Part shown: positions 1 to 12,200 of the stretch, piece by piece
Position numbering within the stretch: position 1 is the first letter of the stretch
Layout of the letters: every line of letters begins with the position of its first letter
Source of the DNA: Octopus bimaculoides
Lineage: Eukaryota
DNA: 51,604 nucleotides
Direction of reading: 5' to 3'
NCBI RefSeq assembly: GCF_001194135.2
Contig: NC_068982.1
Location: 179,660,417 to 179,712,020 of the forward strand
Made by a program: the position numbers and the translations under genes
The notes under the pieces: model-generated
The model's input: only the letters and a program-made list of their open reading frames with translations
Database searches by the model: none
What the model was told of the DNA's origin: nothing

Positions 1-495
1 ATATATATAAACAAATAGTAAATGAGTATATGCATATATACGTACAGGTATGTGCATACCGACATCCACCTGTATGTATAGGTGCATATCTGGGTACAGG
101 ACATTGCAAACAAAACGTAGACGAGAAAACACACAAGCCACATAGAGAACATTCTACTTCATCAGTTACCCACGTTTTAACACCGGCGTTTCGACGAGCT
201 TCGAAACATGGATGTATTCCGTTCGCCATAACATACCCCGTCAGGTAATCTAAGGTACTATCTTTTGTTCTATCTGCATGTGATATGTTGATTCTGAAAA
301 GAGGTTAATAGTTGTATTAAGATGGGGATATATTTGAAACTTGCGTTCGCGGTTTTCTCTGTCATTGTGCTTCGTGAATGCGGATGCATGTCTCTGATTG
401 TTCGAAGTGTTTAAAGTTCAAGTGCGTGTGCGTGTGCTTATAAAAACGTATACATTACGTTAGTGCAGTTCTTGGGGCCATCTGAGACGTATATA

Positions 496-713
496 CGAGT
501 GGGTGCTGAAAAGTTCCTGAGTATAAGGGTGTCACGAAAGGCTTGGTTGTAGGTCCAAGCTTCCGAGTTCTTTCACAGGGCTTAGAAAAACTAAAGGGCC
601 GCTGCAATTAAGGGTGTGAATTTGAGCGGGGAATATATTGAATAAAATCATGATTAACTGATCCTTCTGTATTTTCTTTCACTCAAAGCCAGGAACTTTT
701 CAGCACACCCTCG
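496..713 (+). mobile_element. Mariner-derived non-autonomous element (MITE/internal deletion)
   Basis: 24-bp terminal inverted repeats with 2 mismatches (CGAGTGGGTGCTGAAAAGTTCCTG / CAGGAACTTTTCAGCACACCCTCG) and TA on both sides (494-495, 714-715). An internal frameshifted remnant GLEKLKGRC..CVNLSGEYIE* resembles a mariner transposase C-terminus. Confidence 0.8.
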
Positions 714-1825
714 TATATCTGAAGGTGTGTGTTTGTAAAGACGTATGCGTGTGTATATTTGTGTCACAATAGAAATAGTGTGGTGGTGGTGGTGGTGATT
801 ATGAGGGTTTACTAAAAAGAAAGGAAATGAAAAAAAAATGTTCCCTTGTGGGTTTTTGATACTGAGCTATTGTGAGAGAATTACTGCACGTTCATGTATT
901 TTGGACACAATTTTTCTGATGATTGCTCTGAAGTTGTTATTAGTTATGTTGCTAATTATTATTTGAAAAGTGAATGAAAGCGTTTTGTTCTATTTGAATC
1001 TCCTGACACCTCTGTTTGAATGTCATAATGGTATTTAAGGAGATACCCGTGCATGTGAGGATATAAAGAGATTAATTCTGTGAGCTTACTCAACGTTTTG
1101 GATTTGTGTTTCATGACTGAAAATATTTTCTCAATACAAATAATACAGGAAGTTTTTATTTTATAGGTAACTTGATACTCTATATCAGGGATGAGGTGTA
1201 TAGTGTTATATTTTTAAGAAAAGAAAAGTTTTTTTGTTTTGTTTACCTACAGGTTTCTGAATGTATAAATATGTTGTTGGAATACGTTCTTAAATTGGTT
1301 AACAGTCATTTCTGTGTAATCAATGCCACTTCGGTAATGTTAGATGTGACAGTGGCAACATATATAAGTGAACGACGAAAACGACTGCGCACGTACGCAT
1401 AACACACGCACACACGTATACATATATGATGGGCTTCTACACAGTTTCCTTTCATCAAATTCACTCACACGACATCAGTCGTCCCTGGTGTATGCTAAAA
1501 AACATTTGTCCATGATGCCGTATAACCGAAACCACATAATTTCAAACCAGACTTCATAATACCATAGCTGTATCTGCGCCTGTGTACGTATTTGTCTGTA
1601 TTTCGTTTTCTATTAAGCTTGCCCTCTGTTTAATGGGAACATTTGAAAAAATTTCTCATTAGCACATAACTCTTTAATGTTAATTATACGCAGAACGAAC
1701 CCTCAGGCTTTAAATCAGTTTGATGACTGCATTAGACGAATTCGCCGTCCTTGAGTCACTTTTGATGCATTCTGCTGACTAAAAATTTTAAAATATTCTC
1801 ATATACCGAGTTCTACGAAACCTAT

Positions 1826-2030
1826 ACATATAAATATATATATGGGCGTATATAAGCACACATATGTATACATATATATGTATATACACATAAATACATG
1901 CACACACATATATAAATTTATATGTGTGTGTGTGTGCACACATATAGATATATGTATGTACGTATGTATGTATGTGTGTGTGTATGTAAATATACATATA
2001 CATATATATAATGTATGTATGTATATATGA
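1826..2030. repeat. Compound TA/TG/CA microsatellite
   Basis: Direct reading; source of the spurious Y/I/M/C/H ORFs. Confidence 0.9.
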
Positions 2031-3042
2031 ACCAAACATAAAAAGTGCAGATAATACTAATAAGAAATATTAAAAGCCATGCTAAAGCACAAAAATGGAA
2101 AAACGTCAGCCATTTTCATATAGGTGATTTATTCTTTACAAGAGCTTCACATTTATTACTTTAAAGATAGAAAAATTACTAAAATCCTTTATGGAATATT
2201 TATTGAGTTGAGTTCTATTGTAGGATGTGCAATATCTAGACAAAATATATTATATATTAAGCAGTGTTTTACGTGGGAGATACACGGAAAAAGAAAATAA
2301 CTTGTAAAACATTTTCACCAAAATATACGATGGATTAGACAAAAATTACGTTATGAATTTATACACAACCTTTTAGGAGATACACAACTAAAATATTAAG
2401 CAAGTTATACGATATCTTACGAAAGATACGTGGATAAAACTTAATAAATATACGCTACTGCCGCGTAGAACTTTGTCTACCTTCTTTATATCTTATATCT
2501 TGATGGAAAATAATAAGAAAATGGAATCAAGTCTTAGACAGAACGTCAAGAATCAATGGACAGCTCGCTTTCGTATTTCTTTATTTCTTTTCTGTTGTTG
2601 GTTCAATAGCTTATTTGTTTCATTTGTCTTTTTCTTTGTTTTATTCTAAGAATATTCTGGAAGGCAGCTGAATCATAAGCACGTTGCATTCATTTCCATT
2701 TATTTATTTATTTTTTTTTTAATGTCTGACTAATTGATTCAACTCAGAATTTAGGAATTAATGTTTGTCCAGGTTTTGTTTTTGTCTTCTTAATCAATTG
2801 TGTATTAAGGTATCTACGATTTGTATCACAAAGCTATTATTATAAATTATCATTTTGTGATGTATTATCTTAGCAATAAAGTGAAGTCATACAAAGTTTG
2901 TGAATGTACAGAGACAATGAATAGCAAACAATGATCACTAATGTAGATTATTAAATATGGTTACATGAACTTCTTGACCATATAATACAGTTACAAAAGT
3001 ATTATACATACATACATATATATCTGTATATATACATATATA

Positions 3043-3219
3043 CGAGGCGAAGTCGAAAGTTATCTACACTTATGCCATAACATATCTTTATTATTATCGC
3101 TCTGCATTTTGTGCATGCCTGCTTATAGTTGGTATTATTGTGGTCGCGTGATCGAAGTTTGAGCCTGATTGCGCCACTTTTCTTCCTGGCTTTACAGTAT
3201 AAGCATGGCCGCTCCACTC

Positions 3220-3220
<1 letters not shown>
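3043..3220. mobile_element. Possible mariner-type MITE remnant
   Basis: TA-CGAG...CTCG-TA termini inside TA microsatellites; only a short terminal match. Confidence 0.35.
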
Positions 3221-3255
<35 letters not shown>

Positions 3256-3265
3256 NNNNNNNNNN

Positions 3266-3310
<45 letters not shown>

Positions 3311-3311
<1 letters not shown>

Positions 3312-3609
3312 CGAGTGACTACGTGGCACGAAGTTTCCCTCCCAACCACATAATTCCAGGTTGTGAGTAAAAGAAGCCCATTGCATGTGTGCACATGTGT
3401 GTGTTTGTCCTCCACTACCGCTCGACAACTGGTATCAGTGTTTACGTCCCTATAACTTAGCGGTTCGACAAAGTAAACCGATAGAATAAGCATCAGGTAT
3501 TTAAAAAAACATAACTACTTGAGTCGATTCATTCGACTAAAATTCTTGAAAGGTGTGCCCCAGCATGGCCGCATTATCTAACGCCCGAAGCAAATAAAAG
3601 ATAAAAGAC
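3311..3609 (+). mobile_element. Degenerate SINE-like interspersed repeat (family A)
   Basis: Shares gtttacgtccc-taacttagcggttcg-accgatagaataag and cagcatggccgca blocks with the inverted copy at 8834-9110. Confidence 0.65.
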
Positions 3610-4119
3610 ACACATTTAAAGCGTGTGAATGTATGTGTGTGTGTAAGTGTGTGTGTGCGTGGGGGTGACTTAATGGTTAGGGTTTTGTCTTATGGTCATA
3701 TGAGGCTGTTGGTTCAATTCTTGAACCGAGCAGCGCGGCGGTCTACTCAGCTGAGCCAAAGGCTGGGAATGTGAGTAAATGTGTATGTTTGGCACTATGT
3801 CATACTCGCTTGGACGGTGACAGCTCTGATGTATAGACATATATGTATGTGGGTGCGCGTGTTTATGCGTTCGCAAGCGTGCATGTGCATGTGTGTTTAT
3901 GGTTAGATGAAATTGATCAATATTTGACTTTGCAAACGATGGGAAGAAATGTGCTCAATATGAAATTAGATTTTGAATATTAAACCGAAGTGGTATAAAT
4001 TCTTGACGAGATTACCCCTTGGTATGCAGCTTCCGCATCAGAGGTAAACATGCAGTTAATGTTTGCACATTGGAGTATTTTTTATGAATGATGCGTGTGC
4101 GTGCGCGCGCTCAGGTGTG

Positions 4120-4640
4120 AAGCCAAAAAGCCGAGTAGTAAGGGTGATCTGCTCATGATCATAAAGCCATGAGTTCAGTTCTTGGATCGGGTGGTGTGTT
4201 GTGACCTTGAGCAAAGCACTTCATTAAACATTGCTCCAGTCTATTTGGTTGTAATGACTACCTTTCGGGTAATTGCACAGCCCTCTCTTCACCCAGCTGT
4301 TATAAACTGGATGCTCCGCTAAGTCAAAAGGTATGAGTGCCGAGAGATGTCTGTCTGGCGGTGACTACATAGGCACGAACATCGACTCGACCCCTTCCCT
4401 AAAATTACTGGCCTCGTACTTGTATTGGGTGCAAGCCTAGTGGTTAGGCTATTTGCACGCACGATCGCGCGACTGTGGTTTCAATTCCTCGGCCAGGTGA
4501 TGCGTTGTGTTCTTATGCATGCAAAGCATTTCATTTCACGTTTCTCTGCGATCACTTCAGCACTTGACGCGTGGTACACTGTGCACCTCTTCAGGCAACG
4601 TCGATTCGATGCAGCGAGTGAACTAATGTACTAGGTAATA
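4120..4640 (+). mobile_element. Two tandem degenerate tRNA-derived SINE copies (about 4120-4400 and 4425-4640)
   Basis: Degenerate A/B boxes and gtgttcttga/gtgaccttgagcaaagcacttcatt cores shared with the intact SINE at 10729-10991. Confidence 0.55.
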
Positions 4641-4720
4641 ACCAGGAGCGACTTTAGATTTAATTATCCCTTAGAGATAATAAACTCCTCTAACTGATAC
4701 CTACACTATATATATATATA

Positions 4721-5321
4721 NNNNNNNNNNNNNNNNNNNNNNNNNNNNNNNNNNNNNNNNNNNNNNNNNNNNNNNNNNNNNNNNNNNNNNNNNNNNNNNN
4801 NNNNNNNNNNNNNNNNNNNNNNNNNNNNNNNNNNNNNNNNNNNNNNNNNNNNNNNNNNNNNNNNNNNNNNNNNNNNNNNNNNNNNNNNNNNNNNNNNNNN
4901 NNNNNNNNNNNNNNNNNNNNNNNNNNNNNNNNNNNNNNNNNNNNNNNNNNNNNNNNNNNNNNNNNNNNNNNNNNNNNNNNNNNNNNNNNNNNNNNNNNNN
5001 NNNNNNNNNNNNNNNNNNNNNNNNNNNNNNNNNNNNNNNNNNNNNNNNNNNNNNNNNNNNNNNNNNNNNNNNNNNNNNNNNNNNNNNNNNNNNNNNNNNN
5101 NNNNNNNNNNNNNNNNNNNNNNNNNNNNNNNNNNNNNNNNNNNNNNNNNNNNNNNNNNNNNNNNNNNNNNNNNNNNNNNNNNNNNNNNNNNNNNNNNNNN
5201 NNNNNNNNNNNNNNNNNNNNNNNNNNNNNNNNNNNNNNNNNNNNNNNNNNNNNNNNNNNNNNNNNNNNNNNNNNNNNNNNNNNNNNNNNNNNNNNNNNNN
5301 NNNNNNNNNNNNNNNNNNNNN
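4721..5321. other. Assembly gap (N run); a 10-N gap also lies at 3256-3265
   Basis: N characters. Confidence 1.
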
Positions 5322-5413
5322 NTAGATAGATTGGTAAAAGGGGTTACGCATAAATATGTATACCTGATATTTAAATAATAGCCAATAACTGCATGGTGTG
5401 TGTGTGTGCCTAC

Positions 5414-5445
<32 letters not shown>

Positions 5446-7603
5446 TGTATATCAAATCTACCTTATGTGACACATATTTATATGAAACGATAAAGTTTAA
5501 TATCGCGATCTGACCGATTTCTCCACTTTCATATGACGCCCCTGTAAAAATGAGTGATTAATCTTTCATGGCACATTTCATTATATTGTCTTTTTGCTTT
5601 CTAATCAATAACTATTACATCGATTAAGAAAGAACGACAGTATCGCCGTTTGTGTTTCAGAGTTCGATGAGAGTTCGTATGGGGCCGTCTTAACACGTTA
5701 CTTTTGTGGTGTCTATTAACGAACTGTGTTGATTTATAGAGATATGTCATTGTGTGTCTTGTTAATACTTAATCACCAGTTATTTCTACCACGAGCAGCA
5801 GCAACTAACAACAACTGCTACAACTAACATTACTATATGGTACATATATAGCTACTATAGCTATTATATTTCTGTGTCAGTGTATGCATGCAAGTGTGTG
5901 TGTGTGTGTGCGTGTAGAATGCCAGTCATGGCCAAACACTGAAGAATTTATTGTGTCCAACGAGACAAAGAAATTGAATGATAACATTTTGACAATGTTA
6001 AGGAAATGGCATTTCGGGAATATTCACAGAAGCTAAGTTTAATGTATGAAATTCTTCAGTTTAGAAGCTGTTCCACCGAGAGGTAGCTTCGAGATCTTTA
6101 TAGATGAAAGGTGCAGTTCTTTGGAATTTTTCACGTTTGTATTTCAAGTAAATATATTGTCATTGTGTACCAGAGAAGACAATGTGATGTCTGAGTTAAC
6201 AATAACGACAACAACGATATACACCGATACTTGTTCCATTCATCAACATCGTAACACAATCATTTGACAAGGAAACAAAGAGTATTACACATTATGAACG
6301 ACACAACTAAACGTTCGCACTCCTTCACAAGCACATAGTCTTGCACTCTAACTGCTCATGGCAATCACACGTTTATGTAAGGCTGATTTTCTGGACTTGA
6401 ACAGGAAATAATACTCTTCAAGATTTCTCCGAGACTTTTTAGTGACAGAAATGTCAGTGGTTCCTAATCTACAAGCCTCCACTAATACTCTCTATACTCT
6501 CCTTGTCCACCAACAGCTGCAACAATCATGAATAACGAACTCCTACGTTAACTATCCCTTTCCACAAAAAAAAAAAACTACTCAATTCAAACATCATTCT
6601 CGGTAACTGTAACTGTATTTCATTAAATCTCGTATTAAACACTTCATTTCACCTCCTTCAGGTACTCCATCGGTGATTTTCTACTCACCCATTTGTAAGA
6701 CAAGATCAGCAAAGCTCGAGACAAATGACACTTTCTCCTGGAACTAATTCATAAAACTTTTGGAGATGTAAAGTGAGAGTATAAAATCAATGGAACTTCA
6801 GTGACTGCATAACAGTAGTAATGTATGGAGAAAGAATATAATAGGAAGCAGAGTTTCATGTCGATAAAAAATAATCACTTACACTAAATATGAAGTTATA
6901 CAGTTCAAATATGTGACAAGCAATCATTAAGTGTAGTGGTTTAGTTTCGGTCAACACTGACAGCGAAGACATGAGAATAGCTCTGATCTTAAGCAGGGTG
7001 TCTTGGTTTTCCGGTATTCGTTCCGATGTCCCGAAAAAGGCTTCTGGATAGTGATTTGTCTCGTTTTTTTTTTGTTTTTGTTTTGTGTGTGTGTGGAGCT
7101 GGGGGTTGTTTCAAAATATATCTTAATTCCATGAATAAGTTTTTGTAAATATTTTTCGTTTTTTTTTTTTTTTAGTGTTTCAAAATGTTTGCGTTTTGCA
7201 AATCTTTTATTAAGTACAAGTTCGCTTTAAAATTTGTATACGCAATTTCCCTTGAAGTATATATAAACCTACAACTAACGAACAATGCCAGTGACGTAGC
7301 CGCGTATTTTAATCTTTTCAAGGACCATCGGAGCACGAAGCCCTCCTCACAAACGCAGGTTCATGAGATGGTTGTGATATGTAAACAGTTTTGTGTAGGA
7401 ACCGGACAGAGACGTATAAACACGCACTGCGCATGTCAAAATAAAATAGAAGAGATGAATAAAACAAATTATATGATGGTCTGCATGCCACGTCGGACAT
7501 CACTATCATGCATCTTTGCTGCGATATTTCTTGTTTTCGTTATTGCTTTTGTTTTTATACCACACGATTTCAACTACTTTAATTCTTAAAATTTTCTAAA
7601 CAC

Positions 7604-7785
7604 AAGGCGATGAGCTGGCAACATCATTAGCATGCCGGGTAAAATGCTTAGCGATATTTTCACTGCGGTCGACTTAGCTTTTCATCTTTTCGGGGTTGAT
7701 AAAATAAGTAAAAGTTGAGCACTGAGTCGATGTAATCGACTTACCCGCTCCGCCGGACTTGCTTCTGCCAAAAGTTGAAACCAAT
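7604..7785 (+). mobile_element. SINE-like repeat (family B)
   Basis: aaggcgatgagctggca...aaaatgcttagcg...gtcgacttagcttttcatcttttcgggg...gtcgatgtaatcgactta is shared with 13611-13803. Confidence 0.7.
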
Positions 7786-8428
7786 GTTTTCTATAAATGA
7801 TTTAACAAAGTGCACTGGCAATAATTCTTATTCCCATGCATAAAATGCATATGGTGTATATATGTGTGCGCGTGCGTGACAGAGTAAACTGAGATCCTTT
7901 CCTATTATACATATTTAAAGAAGTATGCTCACCCTAATCTTAAAGTAACTTCGAATCCCAAAGGACAAGCTAATTTAAGAAAATATAAGACGAAAAAGAT
8001 ATCAGACACAGAAATTGAATAATGTAGGGAGAGATAATATAACGAAACATAAATGATGGACAAAAATCAAATGAAAAAGAATATATATAAAAAAAAAAAA
8101 AGAACGTTAAAATTACTGTGAACGTAAACATGGAAGATTGAGGTAAAACAAGTGAAACAAACAAACATAAGCAAAGTGAAAGTCAAGAACTGCAAAATAT
8201 TGAACAAGAAAACATCAATCCAGAACAGCATAGAAAGAAAAACATAAATAAAAAGGAACTGGAGAAATGTACTGGAGAAATGTTGAGAAGAATGGAAAAT
8301 CTGAAAGATGGACTCTTTAAATACGACAATAGTGTAGAGGTAGATAAAGAATTACATTACAGTAGATATGAACCGCCGAAATGTTATGCCGTCTCAAAGA
8401 TGAAAATCAAAGTTGAAACAACCACTGC

Positions 8429-8474
<46 letters not shown>

Positions 8475-8671
8475 ATTATCTATAATATATATATATAAAC
8501 AATATATGAGTATATGCATATATATGTACATGTATGTATATACGTTCATCCACATGTACATATAGATACATAACTGGGTACATGACGTGGCAAAAGAACA
8601 AGGACAAAAATGGTAAACAAGGTGCAACAAACAAGCAAGCCACATAGAAACATCCCCTTCATCAGCTATAT

Positions 8672-8833
8672 NNNNNNNNNNNNNNNNNNNNNNNNNNNNN
8701 NNNNNNNNNNNNNNNNNNNNNNNNNNNNNNNNNNNNNNNNNNNNNNNNNNNNNNNNNNNNNNNNNNNNNNNNNNNNNNNNNNNNNNNNNNNNNNNNNNNN
8801 NNNNNNNNNNNNNNNNNNNNNNNNNNNNNNNNN
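8672..8833. other. Assembly gap (N run)
   Basis: N characters. Confidence 1.
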
Positions 8834-9028
8834 CATTTGACTGCGACCATGCTGGAGCACCACCTTATGGGGTTTTAGTCGAAGAAATCGACCCCAGGGC
8901 TTATTCTGTGTACACCTAGTACTTATTTTATCGATATCTTTAGCCGAACCGCTAAGTTACGGATATATAAACACACCAACATCGGTTATTAGGCAGTGGT
9001 CGGCGAGAAGCAAGGATACAAAGACACA

Positions 9029-9063
<35 letters not shown>

Positions 9064-9107
9064 GACGGGCTTCTTTCAGTTTCCGTCTACCAAATTCACT
9101 CACAAGG

Positions 9108-9110
<3 letters not shown>
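8834..9110 (-). mobile_element. SINE-like interspersed repeat (family A), reverse orientation, containing a TA tract
   Basis: Reverse-complement similarity to 3311-3609 (ccgaaccgctaagttacgg, accatgctggagcac). Its gggcttctttcagtttccgtctaccaaattcactcac block recurs degenerately at about 1427-1470. Confidence 0.7.
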
Positions 9111-9144
<34 letters not shown>

Positions 9145-10399
9145 GAAGATGGAAGCATATCATCGTACACATAACGTCCTGGAAATATCCGTACACCCAT
9201 ATGATAAAAGTAACAAATAATATATACAGAAACTCGTTGCTAAAAATCTGCTGTTGTGAAAAGCAAAACAACTCTTTGAGCCCAAAAGAACAAACAGAGT
9301 TCAAAGTAAACCATTTTCCTAAGAACTAAGTAAGACAAAACAAGAAACGAGTGAGTCGCTAAGAGGAAAAGACGTGAAAAATTCTATGGAGGAGAATATG
9401 TTGTCTGATAAATTCCTCGCGCGTAATTACATCAGTAAATTCATAGCTATGGCAAATACATTGCCATGCCTTTTGTCAGCGGAGTAAATAAATCACTTAA
9501 TCGTTGTTCAAAGCTTCTATTCGCACAGGAAAGGTCGTATTTTTTTTTTTTTTTTTTTTTAGGAATTAAATAGACGTTCAAAGACTAAGGATAAAATATC
9601 AATATCAAATTTACTCGTCATATACGTAGAAAAGGAAAACAAATCAGTTACTTTTAAACATAAAATCACAATTTTTAAAATCCACTTAAGCGATAACACT
9701 ATTATAAACTGAATGAAGAAAAAGAAACTCTAAAATTATGAACAATTTCTCGTAAATAATCCAGGATTTTACAATTTTTATATTCATTAAAGACACTTTT
9801 ATATATTCATTTGGGTGGTAGATGTAGAGTTTCCACACCGATAATATACATGGCATACTGTTCGACCATTGCTTTGTTGCTTGATTGATCCTTTTTCAAG
9901 ATATCTAGAGTTCTAGATCATATAGAGGAAATATTTTGTTTTTGAATTTCTTTAAAATTGATAATATGTGACCTACTTACTCTACAAATAAAATATTTAA
10001 TGTTTAACGAGCGATGTATATTTTATTCTGCAGATAAAAATTTTTATGACAAATTAAGCGACGAATAATTGACCTGGAGATGAATTTATCGGTCATATAT
10101 TGACTTGCAATGTAATTAGCTTGCAACGAAATTACCAGATGTTGAAAATACAAATGATGTATTTTATGCAAATACAAATGATGTATTTAACGTTATCTAA
10201 TTACTCATAATAAATTTAGAGCAAACTGGAGTTTGGGCAGCAAGAAAATGTAAGAGCAAAATTTAGATCATTGTCGGAAAGAGATAACACTCTAAACCAA
10301 CAAGAAATGACAGAATACGAAGGAAAATATCCAGAAGGTAAAATTTCCAAACTTGTAGTTACAATGTCTAATAGACACCTAAGTATCAATCAGTATCCT

Positions 10400-11100
10400 A
10401 TATTCAACAAGTACTTCTTAAATATTTAAGTACATTAAAATATTTAACAAAGACTTCCAGTATATTTAAGAGGTACCTCACAGATACTTCTAAAATACCT
10501 AACAAGTGCTTTAAAAATATTTAATAGTTACCCCTAGAATATCTAATAGGTGCCTCTAAAATATGTAACAAGTATCTATATCTAGCAGGTCCCTCTAAAA
10601 TATCTGATAAATGCCATTATCTAATAGATACTCCTAAAATATCTAGCAGGTCTCTCTAAAATATTTAACAGGTATTTCTAAAATATCTAAAAGATGCTTC
10701 TAAAATATCTAACAAGTACCTAAGTACTAGTGTGGAGGCGCGTAGCTTAGTGGTTAGGGTGTCAGCATCATGATCGTAAGATTGTGGTTTCGATTCCTGG
10801 ACCGGGCGACGCGTTGTGTTCTTGAGCAAAACACTTCATTTCACGTTGCTCCAGTCCACTCAGCTGGCAAAAATGAGTAACGCTGCGATGGACTGGCGAC
10901 CCGTCCAGCTGGGGAACACATACGCCATTGAAACCGGGAAACCGGGCCCATGACCCTGCCTGGGCTTTAAAAAGGGCGCATTTATTTTTATTACCTAAGT
11001 ACTTATAACTCACAATTACCTTTCAAATATCTGGTCTTAATCCTAACCTTTACAACATCGAACAGGTCCTTCTAAAATACCAAGCAGGTTCTCCCAAAAT
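10400..11100. repeat. Degenerate minisatellite of about 22 bp (approx. CTAAAATATCTAACAAGTACCT), interrupted by the SINE
   Basis: More than ten recognisable units of taaaatat(c/t)taac/gca(a/g)gt before 10717 and a few after 11003. Confidence 0.8.
10729..10991 (+). mobile_element. Near-intact tRNA-derived SINE with 12-bp target-site duplication
   Basis: A box TAGCTTAGTGG (10743-10753), B box GGTTTCGATTCC (10786-10797), TTTA-type tail, TSD TACCTAAGTACT at 10717-10728 and 10992-11003. Confidence 0.88.
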
Positions 11101-11329
11101 ATTTCAGAGATATATTCAATTTGCAGAAAGAAATGAATACACTAATGAATAACAAATGAATACACTAATGAGGAAATAATCCTCTTGATTTCCTTAAACT
11201 AAAAATAAAATCATCAACACCTGATCGAGAGCTCGGTAGCTCAGTACTGATAACATTAACTTCGAGGGATCCATCAATAACGTTGGTATTCAGGGAATTT
11301 TTTGCTTTAGGCATCTTGGAATACTGCTT

Positions 11330-12200
11330 GTAACTCTGATTACTTAGTACTTCAAAGCCTAACTACTAACTGGAGAGAATATCAATAAGCATTCGCTAAA
11401 AGACGACTTTAATTATTTGGAACCCTTCTACATATTACATGTCTACTCTTTGGAAAGACAACGGGGACTATTTGCTACAATATAAAAGTTGAATATTCTA
11501 GATTGTGTATCGAACTTTAGCATGTAAGACAAGAAAATAAGAAGAATGGTAGGTACTGTCGGATCACAACATACCCTTAATTAGACTGGTGTATCAAAAA
11601 CACATATAGAAACATTTAGCATTAAAAAAAAATCGTCTAAGGAGGCTCCATCCTTTAGTAACTTTTTTTATATGATGTTTACAATCAGCATGCTAAGAAA
11701 AATTGGTTTGGAAAACTAAACAAAAAGAATGCATTCATTTGTTAGGCAGAAGAAAAAGTAAAATAATTACGCTAAACACAAACTTAGGTAGGAATTAAGC
11801 GAAACAGAATATACATAAATGGAAAAGTTTGCAAAGAAATATTACAGATGCATTATGGTAATAACAAGGTGTTCCGCAAATAAGTTATAATGTTCTCAAT
11901 TAGATTAGCGAAAATAGATAGGAAAATAAGGAAAACCAGGACTGCATTAGAATACACTAACCCGCACGATTATATGCACCACGAATATAGGGAAGTCGCA
12001 GTCTTCTGGAACTGGAAAATTGTCAGGAAATATCCACTGTAAGACTACAAAAATATTTAATATATAAAACTAATAGAAATAGGTATAAAACATGAACAAA
12101 ACATCTGTTTTCTTTAGCAGTTGGCTAACAGTTAACTGTTAGTTGGGCGGAGAAATGTTAACAGGATGTATTGAAATACTAAAAACTAAATTTAGAATGG
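11330..12200 (+). mobile_element. Possible highly decayed LINE remnant
   Basis: A-rich, coding-like but stop-riddled stretch with no splice pattern. The assignment is an impression only. Confidence 0.2.

Noticed and set aside
4701-5473. ORFs of about 200-255 aa made of X; also at 8610-8863 and 49848-50498
   Set aside because: They run through N gaps.
7185-7589. 134-aa ORF with a hydrophobic C-terminal stretch
   Set aside because: No recognisable domain or splice support; the hydrophobic part comes from T-rich sequence.
10400-10720. Regularly spaced repeats that could suggest a CRISPR array (also 18834-19213 and 44965-45350)
   Set aside because: Units are head-to-tail and degenerate with no unique spacers; the context is eukaryotic with no cas genes.
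10735-10805. tRNA-like sequence with A and B boxes
   Set aside because: It is the head of a SINE: it continues into a SINE body and tail and has a 12-bp TSD.
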